A DNA stretch of 64,000 nt, taken from a virus. Taxonomy: Duplodnaviria > Caudoviricetes. The stretch is taken from the IMG/VR virus record IMGVR_UViG_3300033075_001228, one strand, 5' to 3'. This document shows, one piece after another, positions 1 to 8,897 of this stretch (position 1 is its first letter; the number at the start of each line of letters is the position of its first letter). A program made the position numbers and the translations under genes. The notes beneath the pieces were generated by a model. The model was not told the origin of the DNA and ran no database searches. It saw nothing but the letters and a program-made list of their open reading frames with translations.

Positions 1-2
1 AG

Positions 3-761
3 TTCAAGAAGAACCATGCGACTTGGATGCGCGATAACGCCCCGACCTCGCGACGCGATGTGACGTTTGCCAGGATTCTTGAAACAGCAGAACGTGTTGG
101 TTTTAGCATGCCAGCAATTAGCTCTGCGCTAGACGTTACCTGGACGCTAATCTACGATCGTCTTGTTAGCAATGGATTTTCAACGTTTGAGAAATTTGTC
201 AAAGCATACAGCGCAGGTCAACGAGAATCGAATCTTTCGCCAGGTAAACCTGGGCTTTTGACCCGTGATCTATCGATTGACCTAATCAAACGAAATTTGG
301 TTGCTGACGACACTAAACGATCGTTGTGTGTAAAGCTTGGCTGCACAGTTAACGTTCTTGATAAGTTTCTTGATCGCCGTGCTCAGACCACATGGTCTAA
401 GCTTCGAGCATCTCTTGGATTTAAGGATGAAGAATCGTCCATCGTTAAAAATGTCAGCCGCCGCGCCCGCTCAGGAGGCAGACCCAAAGGTTCAATAACG
501 TCTGGGATTACTTTTCAGCACGTTTGTAATGCATATACGCCAGGGTTGACCCGGGTTCGTCTTGCTAAAAAGCTAAAGACTAGTGCATCTGTTGTGATGC
601 GTGCGTTAGGGGACGCTGGGTACAGGAAGTACAGCGTTTTTCAGAAAACTTACGATAACTGCAAGGTTGTCTCTGTCGAGTACGTCGGAGAGATGCCTCT
701 CTATGACCTGACAGTCGACGGTTACAAGAACTTTGCAACCGACAGCGTGATCTCGCACAAC
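3..761 (+). mobile_element. Intein 1 in portal (C-terminal part only)
   Basis: Block F/G motifs PLYDLTVDGYKNFATDSVISHN followed by Thr+1 (T-PEIAAALD). The N-terminus lies outside the window. Confidence 0.9.
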
Positions 762-3700
762 ACCCCTGAGATCGCTGCGGCCCTCGACATCTATGCAGAC
801 GAGACTTGGGCGCAGGACGAAAAGGGAAGGGCGCTTCACGTATACTCTGACAACGAGAAGATCAAGGAGGTGCTTGAGGACCTCTTTTACAACACATTAA
901 ACGTAGAGTTCGCCGGCCGGTCGTGGGTAAGAAACCTCGTCAAGTATGGCGATTTCTTTCTTTTCAACGATATCTCGCCTGAGTATGGCGTTGTCAATGC
1001 GTTTCCTGTGCCGGTCAACGAGATCGAGCGCGAGGAGAACTTTGATCGCGACGATCCGTTTGCTGTCCGCTACCGTTGGGTGACGCTCGGCAACAGGACC
1101 CTAGAGAACTGGGAGATCACGCATTTCAGGCTGCTAGGCAACGACATGTTCCTGCCATACGGTTCTTCGATCATCGAGCCCGCTCGCCGCATCTGGCGCC
1201 AGCTGATCCTGATCGAGGACGCGATGTTGGTGTATCGAGTCGTTAGGGCGCCAGAACGTAGGGTGTTCTACATTGACGTTGCCAACGTGCCGCCTGAGAA
1301 CGTGCCGATGTATGTCGAGGAGCAACGTAGGAACCTACGTACAAACCAGGTCATCGACAACCAGTCGGGTCGCGTTGACCTAAGGTATAACCCGCTTCCT
1401 ATTCACAAGGATACCCCAATTCCGTTGCTTGATGGTACTACGATGACGATCGAAGCGTTGTCGAGGAAGATGAACGAGGAAGTTGGTTGGGTTCCGTGGG
1501 TTTACTCGGTGCAGGATAAAACTCAAAAGCTGGTTCCAGGTAAGGTTATTTGGTGTGGGAAGAACTACACTGCAACAACCTTGATCAAGGTTTGGCTTGA
1601 CGACGGTTCATATGTTACCACAGCACCTGAGCATCCATTCGTTATGCGTGATGGTTCAGCGAAACGAGCTGATGGGTTGTTGGTTGGTGACAGTCTGATG
1701 TCAGCGTACCGTGACCTGAATAATCGCGGTTATGAACGTATTATTGAACCTTCTGGTGACCGCATTTCAACGCATGTTATGGTCGCTCGGGATGTTTATG
1801 CAGAAAAATGGTCAATGACTGACCAACCCGTTGTTCATCACAAGCATCCTGAACAGAAGGAGACGAATAAGCGCAATAATTCACCTGATAACCTTGAGGT
1901 CATGAACTTTTGGGAACACAAAAAGATGCATGCCGAGCACTGTGAGCTGACACTCAATACCCCTGAACGTTTAGCTGTTCGAGCGGTGCAGATGGCAGAA
2001 TACAACAGGTCGGCGCAGCACCGCGCTCGTACAATCGAAATCAATAAGCGTGATCGCAAGGCTGAGCGTATGGGTGAGGCATACAACGGAACAGACCTTC
2101 ATAAAGCACATAATGAAAATCGTCGACAGGGTCAGCATAAGTCATGGGATGCCAACAAAGCCAAGCGCTCTGAGGCAATGCAATGGATCATTCCTAATGA
2201 GGTCGTGGGGTTTGCGTTCGAAGCGATCAAAGCAAACCCAAAGATTGGTCGTGAAGAATTGACGAGCGCAATTAGGAATGACGCTAGCATGTGTTCCTTG
2301 CTAAAACAGGCAAACGCTCAGAACAATCGTTCGTTGCTGCGATTTCACGTCAATGCGATTGTTTCAAAGCTTGTTCGAACTAAGTGCATTCCAGATTCAA
2401 ATTACAGAACATTTCGTCAGTTCGCTGCGAATAATTCACCCCCCGTTAATCACCAGGTTGTTAAGGTTGAAATTCTTGAAAATGTTTCAGATGATGTCTA
2501 TTGCATGACTGTTGTCGGTCCTAACCATGAAGACGATCGACACAATTTTGCAGTTAATGGATTGGGTGGGGAAATACCAGACAACCAATTGAAATCATTA
2601 GTTTTTGTGTGGAACTCGGTTGATGAGGACTACTTCATCCCTGTTCGTGGCAGCGACACCGGGACAAGGATCGACACCTTGGCTGGCGGCCAGAACACGG
2701 CAGCCGTTGAGGACGTAGCATACATCCAGAAGAAGCTTTTTGCAGCGCTTAAGATCCCTAGGGCTTACCTTGGATATGATGAATTGTTGAGCTGCCTTAC
2801 AGCTGACGCTAAAGTGCCATTGTTGTCCGGAGAATCGGTGGGTGTTCATGATTTGGCCCAGCTCGATTGGTCTAAGAAACAAGATGTTTGGGTATACTCA
2901 GCTGATCCAACGACTGGCTGCATTGTCCCTGGACGTGTAACAAGAGCGTGGTTGACACGTGAGACGAATGAACTATATGACGTTGTCATTGATGACGGCG
3001 GCTGTGTTCGTGTAACCGCTAACCATCCATTCCTGTGTCGTGATGGCGTCTATCGTCGTGCAGATGAGCTAACTCCAGGCCAAAGCTTGATGCCTCTTTA
3101 CAGAAAACTGTCTTCCTTGGACGATGGCGATTTTCAAAATGGGTATGAAAAGGTGTTGGATAACGAGTCTGGGTCGTGGGTCTACACGCATCGTTTGGTT
3201 GCTAACGCGGGGCTTGTGGCTGATGATTCTTCACGCCTGAACGAACATTCATACGTAGTTCATCATGTAAACCACAACAAACGCGATAACTCTCCTAACA
3301 ACCTCATCAAGATGGGTAAGAGGGCTCACGCGCTGTACCATGCCACGCAGGCGAAGAACCTGTTGGCTGACTATTCGCGTGATCGCCTGCGTGCTGTGAT
3401 GCGTACCGATCAGTACAAGGCAAAACATAAGGTTGGTGTGAAGCGAGCTTGGGACGTAGATGATGGTTCACGTCGGCTTAATGTTGCTATGAACAATGCT
3501 AAGCATAAGCAAAAAAACGTTGACCTTGCGGCGGCTCGCGCAGTTGCTAACACCTGTGAAAATCGAAATGAATTTTACAGAAAGATTGGGCTAACGTACA
3601 CTGGCTTCCGCAACGCCTGTAAGAGGCAAGGTGTTAACCACGGTGAGTGGCTCACTAGCGTTTTTGGAAACAAAAAGCTGGGTATCAAGCGAAATCATTG

Positions 3701-4823
3701 CGTTGTTTCGGTCACAAAGGTAGTGTTGGATAAACCGGTGCCTGTGTACGACCTCGAGGTTGAAAATTGGCACAACTTTGCAGTTGACACAGGCGTCGCA
3801 GGTGGATCAATTATAGTCCACAACAGCAAGGCGACGTTGGCTCAAGAAGATATTCGTTTTTCTCGAACCATCAATGTCATCCAACGAACGATGCTGGCTG
3901 AGCTCAACAAGCTGGCGATCATTCATCTTTATGCGCACGGCTACGACGGCGAAGACCTTCAAAACTTTACGTTGCGGCTGTCGAACCCATCATCCGTCGC
4001 GCAGCAGCAGAAGCTTGAGCTGTGGAGGGCAAAGTTTGAGATCGCTGGCTCCCGTCCAGAGGGCGTTGTTTCAAACGAGTTTATCATGAAAGAAATCTGG
4101 AACCTTGACGACGACAAGATCCAGAAGATCATGCAGCAGCAGATCGATGAAAAGATCTTTGCAACCAAGCTTGAGTCAGCTGGAGCCGGCGGAGAAGGAG
4201 AGGCAGGCGGCGGAGAAGATTTGTTTGGTGGTGATCTAGGCGGCGCGGGCGGCGGCGGCGAGGCCGGAGAGGTGACGCCCGAAGAAACTGGCGGAGGTGA
4301 AGAAGAAACTCCACCTGAAGAAAATGCGGGGGAAGAGCCTGAAGAAGAAGCTGACCCCGGCGTCCAGCTTTTGACGTCAGGTGACGAGGAAGACGATCGA
4401 TTTCTTCAGCTCGCTAGCGACAATGATGGGCCAGCGATCAAGCCACAGAACCAGCTGGATAAAGCTCTTTACAACAGAGGCCGCCGTCGCACCCACGGCG
4501 CATCTAAGACGCATTTTCCTGACTTCGTCAAGATGACAGGCAACGATAGCGAGTCAATGAAGGACCCGACAGACAGCGGCTGGATGAAATCGGTCGTCAG
4601 CAACCCGTTAGGCGAGTCATACGCTGATAGGCCATCATCGCGGTTTAACGGCCTGTCTCCTGACATGTATGCAACGTTACGAAAGATGTCAGAGAAGCTT
4701 GGCATCGTTAACAAGCGTTCATCTGTGTTGTCAGAAGGAGTTGACGTACAAGATGAGATTGACGTTAGCCTAAAAGACGATGAAACTGATCTTGGCGACG
4801 ACTGGGATATCTCCGATGAGTAG
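3..4823 (+). CDS. gp20: Portal protein (T4 gp20-like), 5'-truncated by the window, interrupted by three inteins
   Basis: Extein motifs typical of T4-like portals: TPEIAAALDIYADE, LIEDAMLVYRVVRAPERRVFYIDV, EDYFIPVRG, IDTLAGG, KLFAALKIP, EDIRF. The frame is open from the window start, so Met27 is internal. It is followed by protease, scaffold and MCP genes. Confidence 0.95.
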   Translation, partial: FKKNHATWMRDNAPTSRRDVTFARILETAERVGFSMPAISSALDVTWTLIYDRLVSNGFSTFEKFVKAYSAGQRESNLSPGKPGLLTRDLSIDLIKRNLVADDTKRSLCVKLGCTVNVLDKFLDRRAQTTWSKLRASLGFKDEESSIVKNVSRRARSGGRPKGSITSGITFQHVCNAYTPGLTRVRLAKKLKTSASVVMRALGDAGYRKYSVFQKTYDNCKVVSVEYVGEMPLYDLTVDGYKNFATDSVISHNTPEIAAALDIYADETWAQDEKGRALHVYSDNEKIKEVLEDLFYNTLNVEFAGRSWVRNLVKYGDFFLFNDISPEYGVVNAFPVPVNEIEREENFDRDDPFAVRYRWVTLGNRTLENWEITHFRLLGNDMFLPYGSSIIEPARRIWRQLILIEDAMLVYRVVRAPERRVFYIDVANVPPENVPMYVEEQRRNLRTNQVIDNQSGRVDLRYNPLPIHKDTPIPLLDGTTMTIEALSRKMNEEVGWVPWVYSVQDKTQKLVPGKVIWCGKNYTATTLIKVWLDDGSYVTTAPEHPFVMRDGSAKRADGLLVGDSLMSAYRDLNNRGYERIIEPSGDRISTHVMVARDVYAEKWSMTDQPVVHHKHPEQKETNKRNNSPDNLEVMNFWEHKKMHAEHCELTLNTPERLAVRAVQMAEYNRSAQHRARTIEINKRDRKAERMGEAYNGTDLHKAHNENRRQGQHKSWDANKAKRSEAMQWIIPNEVVGFAFEAIKANPKIGREELTSAIRNDASMCSLLKQANAQNNRSLLRFHVNAIVSKLVRTKCIPDSNYRTFRQFAANNSPPVNHQVVKVEILENVSDDVYCMTVVGPNHEDDRHNFAVNGLGGEIPDNQLKSLVFVWNSVDEDYFIPVRGSDTGTRIDTLAGGQNTAAVEDVAYIQKKLFAALKIPRAYLGYDELLSCLTADAKVPLLSGESVGVHDLAQLDWSKKQDVWVYSADPTTGCIVPGRVTRAWLTRETNELYDVVIDDGGCVRVTANHPFLCRDGVYRRADELTPGQSLMPLYRKLSSLDDGDFQNGYEKVLDNESGSWVYTHRLVANAGLVADDSSRLNEHSYVVHHVNHNKRDNSPNNLIKMGKRAHALYHATQAKNLLADYSRDRLRAVMRTDQYKAKHKVGVKRAWDVDDGSRRLNVAMNNAKHKQKNVDLAAARAVANTCENRNEFYRKIGLTYTGFRNACKRQGVNHGEWLTSVFGNKKLGIKRNHCVVSVTKVVLDKPVPVYDLEVENWHNFAVDTGVAGGSIIVHNSKATLAQEDIRFSRTINVIQRTMLAELNKLAIIHLYAHGYDGEDLQNFTLRLSNPSSVAQQQKLELWRAKFEIAGSRPEGVVSNEFIMKEIWNLDDDKIQKIMQQQIDEKIFATKLESAGAGGEGEAGGGEDLFGGDLGGAGGGGEAGEVTPEETGGGEEETPPEENAGEEPEEEADPGVQLLTSGDEEDDRFLQLASDNDGPAIKPQNQLDKALYNRGRRRTHGASKTHFPDFVKMTGNDSESMKDPTDSGWMKSVVSNPLGESYADRPSSRFNGLSPDMYATLRKMSEKLGIVNKRSSVLSEGVDVQDEIDVSLKDDETDLGDDWDISDE
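1398..2615 (+). mobile_element. Intein 2 in portal (Pro1, class-3-like, HNH endonuclease domain)
   Basis: Interrupts the portal motif RYNPL|SVDEDYF. Starts PIHKDTPIPLLDG, block B TTAPEHPF, HNH VVHHKHP...NKRNNSPDNL, block F DVYCMTV, ends VFVWN|S. Confidence 0.88.
2793..3824 (+). mobile_element. Intein 3 in portal (canonical Cys1, HNH endonuclease domain)
   Basis: Starts CLTADAKVPLLSG, block B VTANHPF, HNH VVHHVNHNKRDNSPNNL, block F PVYDLEV, ends IIVHN|S. Flanks rejoin as ELLS-SKATLAQEDIRF. Confidence 0.93.
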
Positions 4824-4840
4824 TTACGTCATTATGATGC

Positions 4841-4847
4841 ATAGTTA
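4841..4847 (+). promoter_or_regulatory. Putative late promoter ATAGTTA (first copy of a recurrent ATAnTTA motif)
   Basis: The same motif recurs upstream of many structural genes (see finding). Confidence 0.55.
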
Positions 4848-4902
4848 CAGATGATTGACCAGGTGTTGTCGATTGAACTGTAACGCGAAGGGTTGACCAG
4901 TA

Positions 4903-5763
4903 ATGTCAAAGTCCCATAACAAAAAAAGAAACGTTGGGTTGCTATATGAGTTTTTGGTTGCGACCATCTCCCGAGCGCTTGTTGAAGGCGACCAGCGGCT
5001 ATCCTCTCGGGCGTTGCGCGTCCTAAAAAAGCACTTTAAGCCTGGCACGGAGCTGTACAAAGAGTTTCGTTTGGTCAATTCGCTTAGCCGTACGACTGTG
5101 ACAACCGAAGGAGTCGCGGTGTCAATCTTACGTGAGGCTAAACAAGCAGTAAGGTCACACGACGTTAAGGAGCTAGACAGGCAAAAGTCGCTCCTTATCA
5201 GGGACATCAATCACTTGATCAGGGACGAAAACTTTTACGACCAACACATCCAGGAATACAGAAGCCTGGCGACGATCCAGACGTTGATCAATGCCTGGCG
5301 TTCTGGCGATGACATTGGGGTCATTGCTGAGTATGAGGATCGCCTTGCGCGTCACCTGCTTGCTGAAAAAACGCCTCGCGTAGACACCCCGTTGTCAGAG
5401 ACATCGCCTGGCGAAAATAGGCTTTTGATGAAGGTGATGATGAAGAAGCTAAACGAGAAATACGCTGGTGTTCTTAACGAAATGCAGCGTTCTCTTGTTA
5501 GGGCTTACGCTTTCTCAACCGCAAACGACGACACTGTGACGATCAAGCTTAAGCTGGCAGAGGTAAAAACTGCGTTGCTAGAATCGATGGATGCGTTTGT
5601 GGCCAAAAATCCAGATAACGAATACGTTAACTCGAAGATGTCAGCGGCTCGTCAGCAGCTGCTTAACGAACAGATGGAATCAGTTGATGATGAAATGGTG
5701 GCTAGGTTTATGCTGTACGCCAGGCTAAACTCAGAGCTTTGCATGGAGGACGACAATGCTTGA
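4903..5763 (+). CDS. Hypothetical head-module protein
   Basis: 286 aa helical ORF between portal and protease; overlaps the next start. Confidence 0.75.
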   Translation: MSKSHNKKRNVGLLYEFLVATISRALVEGDQRLSSRALRVLKKHFKPGTELYKEFRLVNSLSRTTVTTEGVAVSILREAKQAVRSHDVKELDRQKSLLIRDINHLIRDENFYDQHIQEYRSLATIQTLINAWRSGDDIGVIAEYEDRLARHLLAEKTPRVDTPLSETSPGENRLLMKVMMKKLNEKYAGVLNEMQRSLVRAYAFSTANDDTVTIKLKLAEVKTALLESMDAFVAKNPDNEYVNSKMSAARQQLLNEQMESVDDEMVARFMLYARLNSELCMEDDNA

Positions 5764-6412
5764 AGCAAAAAACGATGTGAGGCTGCTAAGCTCTTGGGAG
5801 GTCTTTGACTACAACCTCGTCACAGAGGAGGTGTCGCCTGCACGCACCTTTAAGGACGAACGTGGGCAAAACGTAGATGTACCAGCGGTAAAAAAGTACA
5901 TCATGAAGGGGATCCTGCAGAAGGCGGACACCTTGAACCAAAACGGAAGGATCTATCCGCTGTCTGTGCTGGAGAGGGAGGTGAGGAACTACCAAAAGTT
6001 CATCATTGAGAACAGGGCGATGGGAGAGCTTGATCACCCTGACACCTCGGTCGTCAACCTGAAAAATGCTTCACACCTGGTCAAGGAAGCTTACATCAAA
6101 AACGGCACCGTGTACGGGACCGTTGAGATCCTCGACAAGACGCCGTCTGGAGCGATCCTTAAGGGGTTGATCGATTCTGGGGTAAAGCTCGGGATCAGCT
6201 CTAGGGGCGTTGGGTCGACTAAGAAGCAAGGCGAGTATTACGTTGTACAGGACGATTTCCAGCTGATCTGTTGGGATTTTGTATCGGAGCCATCAACCCC
6301 GGGAGCATTCATGCTCCCTGAAGGTAAGCAAATCAACGAAGTTGAATTGCGAAAGCTTCTTTCGAAGTCTGACAGGATCGATAGAACGCTGAATGAGATC
6401 TTGAGGAAGTGA
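5756..6412 (+). CDS. gp21: Prohead core protease (T4 gp21-like)
   Basis: Motifs GILQKADTLNQNGRIYP, GELDHP, LGISSRGVGS, DFVSEPS. Confidence 0.95.
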   Translation: MLEAKNDVRLLSSWEVFDYNLVTEEVSPARTFKDERGQNVDVPAVKKYIMKGILQKADTLNQNGRIYPLSVLEREVRNYQKFIIENRAMGELDHPDTSVVNLKNASHLVKEAYIKNGTVYGTVEILDKTPSGAILKGLIDSGVKLGISSRGVGSTKKQGEYYVVQDDFQLICWDFVSEPSTPGAFMLPEGKQINEVELRKLLSKSDRIDRTLNEILRK

Positions 6413-6416
6413 AAAC

Positions 6417-6818
6417 ATGACGCTTGACAATCAAAAAGGTGGAATCGGGTACGCGGCTGAGTTTCAGTCTTCAGCGTTGCCATACGTAACATCATCGACA
6501 GCTCCTGCCTCTGGATCACCGGTACGGTTTGATTTTCCTAAGGTGACGCGGTTTGTGACCGTTGCTAACCTTGGAACAACGACGCTTAGCTTTGGTTTTA
6601 CGCGTAACGGTCTTACGCTGAGCAGCAACAAGTATATCCTTAGCGGCAGCCAGGCTGTGACGCTGGAGCTGAGGGTAAAAGAGCTTTGGCTGCAAGGCGA
6701 AGGCGGCACCCCGCAGTACAGCCTTTGCGCTGGCCTGACAAACATCACTAGGGATGTGATGCCTGTGTTGTCAGGAACTCTTCCTGATGGAAATCCCGGG
6801 TGGCAGGGCGTAGGTTGA
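6417..6818 (+). CDS. Hypothetical virion protein (beta-rich)
   Basis: 133 aa Ser/Thr/Gly-rich ORF in the head operon. Confidence 0.65.
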   Translation: MTLDNQKGGIGYAAEFQSSALPYVTSSTAPASGSPVRFDFPKVTRFVTVANLGTTTLSFGFTRNGLTLSSNKYILSGSQAVTLELRVKELWLQGEGGTPQYSLCAGLTNITRDVMPVLSGTLPDGNPGWQGVG

Positions 6819-6835
6819 CGGATATACTTATCACT

Positions 6836-7528
6836 ATGCGGTGTGTGTATTTGATTCGTAACCTTATCAACGGCAAAGTCTATGTCGGTCAGACGAAGAA
6901 TTTTGCTCAACGTAAAGCAGGTCATCTGCGGCTAGCAAGACATCCACGGGCTGTTGGTGGAGAGAGGCCCCTCTATCGTTCAATGAGGAAGCACGGCATC
7001 GGTAATTTTACCTTTGAGCTGCTTGAGGAGTGTGAAGATCAGTTTGTTGATGAGCGTGAACAGTATTGGGTCGTTCATTTCGACTCGTTCAACCCGAAGA
7101 AGGGTTACAACCTGACGAACGGCGGTCAAGAATTTTCTGAAGAGTGCATTCATTTGATCTCAAAACGTACCCGTGAAGCCATGGCAAAAGGCGACCCTTC
7201 CTGGAAGGCACGTCAACGTGAGGCAATGAAGGACCCTGAGGTAAGGCGCCTGATCTCAGAGCGAACGAAGGCTGCGATGCAGCGTCCTGAGGTGGCTGAA
7301 AAATTGGATGCTTCTCGCGATGAAACATGGCGGCAGAGGATCAGCGAGACGTTAATGGGTCACGTAATTTCAGAAGAAACGCGGCAGAAAATCAGGGAAA
7401 CGTTGCGGTCTCGACCCAAAAAGAAGAAGCCATCATCAACATGCCAGAGATGTGGCGGTATGTTTGAGGTTCGAAAGAAAAATCAGCGGTACTGTTCTCA
7501 TCAGTGCTATTGGGGTCATGTGTCATGA
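6836..7528 (+). CDS. GIY-YIG homing endonuclease with NUMOD3-like repeats and C-terminal Cys cluster
   Basis: CVYLIRNLINGKVYVGQT, GYNLTNGG, SEETRQKIRE, CQRC...YCSHQC. ATG 6836 lies 5 nt after ATACTTA. Confidence 0.88.
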   Translation: MRCVYLIRNLINGKVYVGQTKNFAQRKAGHLRLARHPRAVGGERPLYRSMRKHGIGNFTFELLEECEDQFVDEREQYWVVHFDSFNPKKGYNLTNGGQEFSEECIHLISKRTREAMAKGDPSWKARQREAMKDPEVRRLISERTKAAMQRPEVAEKLDASRDETWRQRISETLMGHVISEETRQKIRETLRSRPKKKKPSSTCQRCGGMFEVRKKNQRYCSHQCYWGHVS

Positions 7529-7992
7529 AAACATCACGAGAACAACTAAAAGCGATTGTGAAGGAATGCTTGCTGGAGCTGCTTAGCGAGGGCATCGGTC
7601 CTGTCGCCGCACCTCGCTCCGTGCAACCACCAAAAGCTATCGCTGGCATCTCTGAGTCTAGGGGCGTCAGGCGTCAGCCAGCTTTTGACCCAAGGCTTGA
7701 TACGCCAGTGGGCTCTAGCAATGCTGCTCGGCAGCCTTCAGGTGCCCTTAAAGATGCAATCAAAAAGTCTGCTATGGGTAACCCCTTGCTGGAAACGATT
7801 TTTCGAGACACGGCAGAGACAACGTTGGCTGCACAGATGGAAAATGAAATTCCAACAACAGCCGCTTCGCAGCAGCAGCCTGGCTTTCAGGAGCAGTTTA
7901 ACGGCAACCCAGAGGATGTGTTTGGCGAAGCGACCAGCTCACGATGGGCACACCTTGCCTTTACAGAGCCACGCCTCAACAAAACGTCATAG
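7525..7992 (+). CDS. Hypothetical head-associated protein with N-terminal QLKAIVKE motif
   Basis: ATGA overlap with the upstream gene; begins MKTSREQLKAIVKECL. Confidence 0.7.
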   Translation: MKTSREQLKAIVKECLLELLSEGIGPVAAPRSVQPPKAIAGISESRGVRRQPAFDPRLDTPVGSSNAARQPSGALKDAIKKSAMGNPLLETIFRDTAETTLAAQMENEIPTTAASQQQPGFQEQFNGNPEDVFGEATSSRWAHLAFTEPRLNKTS

Positions 7993-8045
7993 GCTTGTCG
8001 CTGTTGCATACTTAGCTTCAGCACAACAACCAGAAAGGTGCAACA

Positions 8046-8315
8046 ATGACTGTTAAGAAGCTGACGTCTAATTTGCTAAAAAAGATCATTGAAGAGGAAG
8101 TCTCCAAGGGCTTTGGCAAAATGAAAGACGCTGAGGACGTGGCAAAGGACTCTAAGGAGCTTGATGCTGACGAGCAGGCCGATGCACTCGAGAAGCGTAT
8201 TGACTATGTCAAGGCGTTAAAGATTGAGGAAAGCCGCCTTGTGAGGCGCCTGTCAAAGCTTCGTGAGGCTAAAAAGTTTCACCTGAAGAAGATTGTTTCA
8301 GCCGTCTCAAAGTGA
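8046..8315 (+). CDS. Small head-associated protein (LLKKIIEEE motif)
   Basis: RBS GAAAGGTG; ATACTTA motif at 8008. Confidence 0.7.
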   Translation: MTVKKLTSNLLKKIIEEEVSKGFGKMKDAEDVAKDSKELDADEQADALEKRIDYVKALKIEESRLVRRLSKLREAKKFHLKKIVSAVSK

Positions 8316-8339
8316 AAGGCTGGCAGTAAGGGGAAAATC

Positions 8340-8849
8340 ATGTCTGGAACTGGAAAATACACAGTCTATGCGCCGCCAGCCAGCGACAAAAACACGCTTT
8401 TGAACAAGCTGTTTCGCAGCAACGACGCTACGCTTAAGTCACCCACGCAGGACCTGGTTGGCAAGGAGACGGATGCCAGGGAGCTGGTTGTTGACCTAGC
8501 AAAGGCAAGCTTGACCCCTGCGCATCAGGTTGGAGACCTAGGTCATTTTCCTTCTGGTGTCGACCTTAACTTTGCTGGAGCGCCAAACCTAAGCGACGTT
8601 CAGTGGGCAAACCCAGGGGATCCCGCAAACTCATTTGCGCCTGACATCTCATCTCCCGGACCTGGAAAAACAAACGGTCTCGATAAGGATGCAGATCCTC
8701 AGGTTAAGGTTGTGGACCTCAAACCATCGTATGTTCCAGGGGCGCCTGGAACTGGCACCAAGTCACCGTCTGAGACGAATGCTAAGGTTGTTGCTGCGAA
8801 CCTGCTGGGCGTTTCTACCAAGCTTGGCGACTCTGGCGGCAACGTTTGA
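8340..8849 (+). CDS. Hypothetical virion protein (Pro/Gly-rich)
   Basis: 169 aa ORF with RBS AAGGGG, inside the head operon. Confidence 0.7.
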   Translation: MSGTGKYTVYAPPASDKNTLLNKLFRSNDATLKSPTQDLVGKETDARELVVDLAKASLTPAHQVGDLGHFPSGVDLNFAGAPNLSDVQWANPGDPANSFAPDISSPGPGKTNGLDKDADPQVKVVDLKPSYVPGAPGTGTKSPSETNAKVVAANLLGVSTKLGDSGGNV

Positions 8850-8897
8850 GAAACTTAAGTTTGTGTTGTTGGTTGATAGTTACTTTGGAACGTTAGC

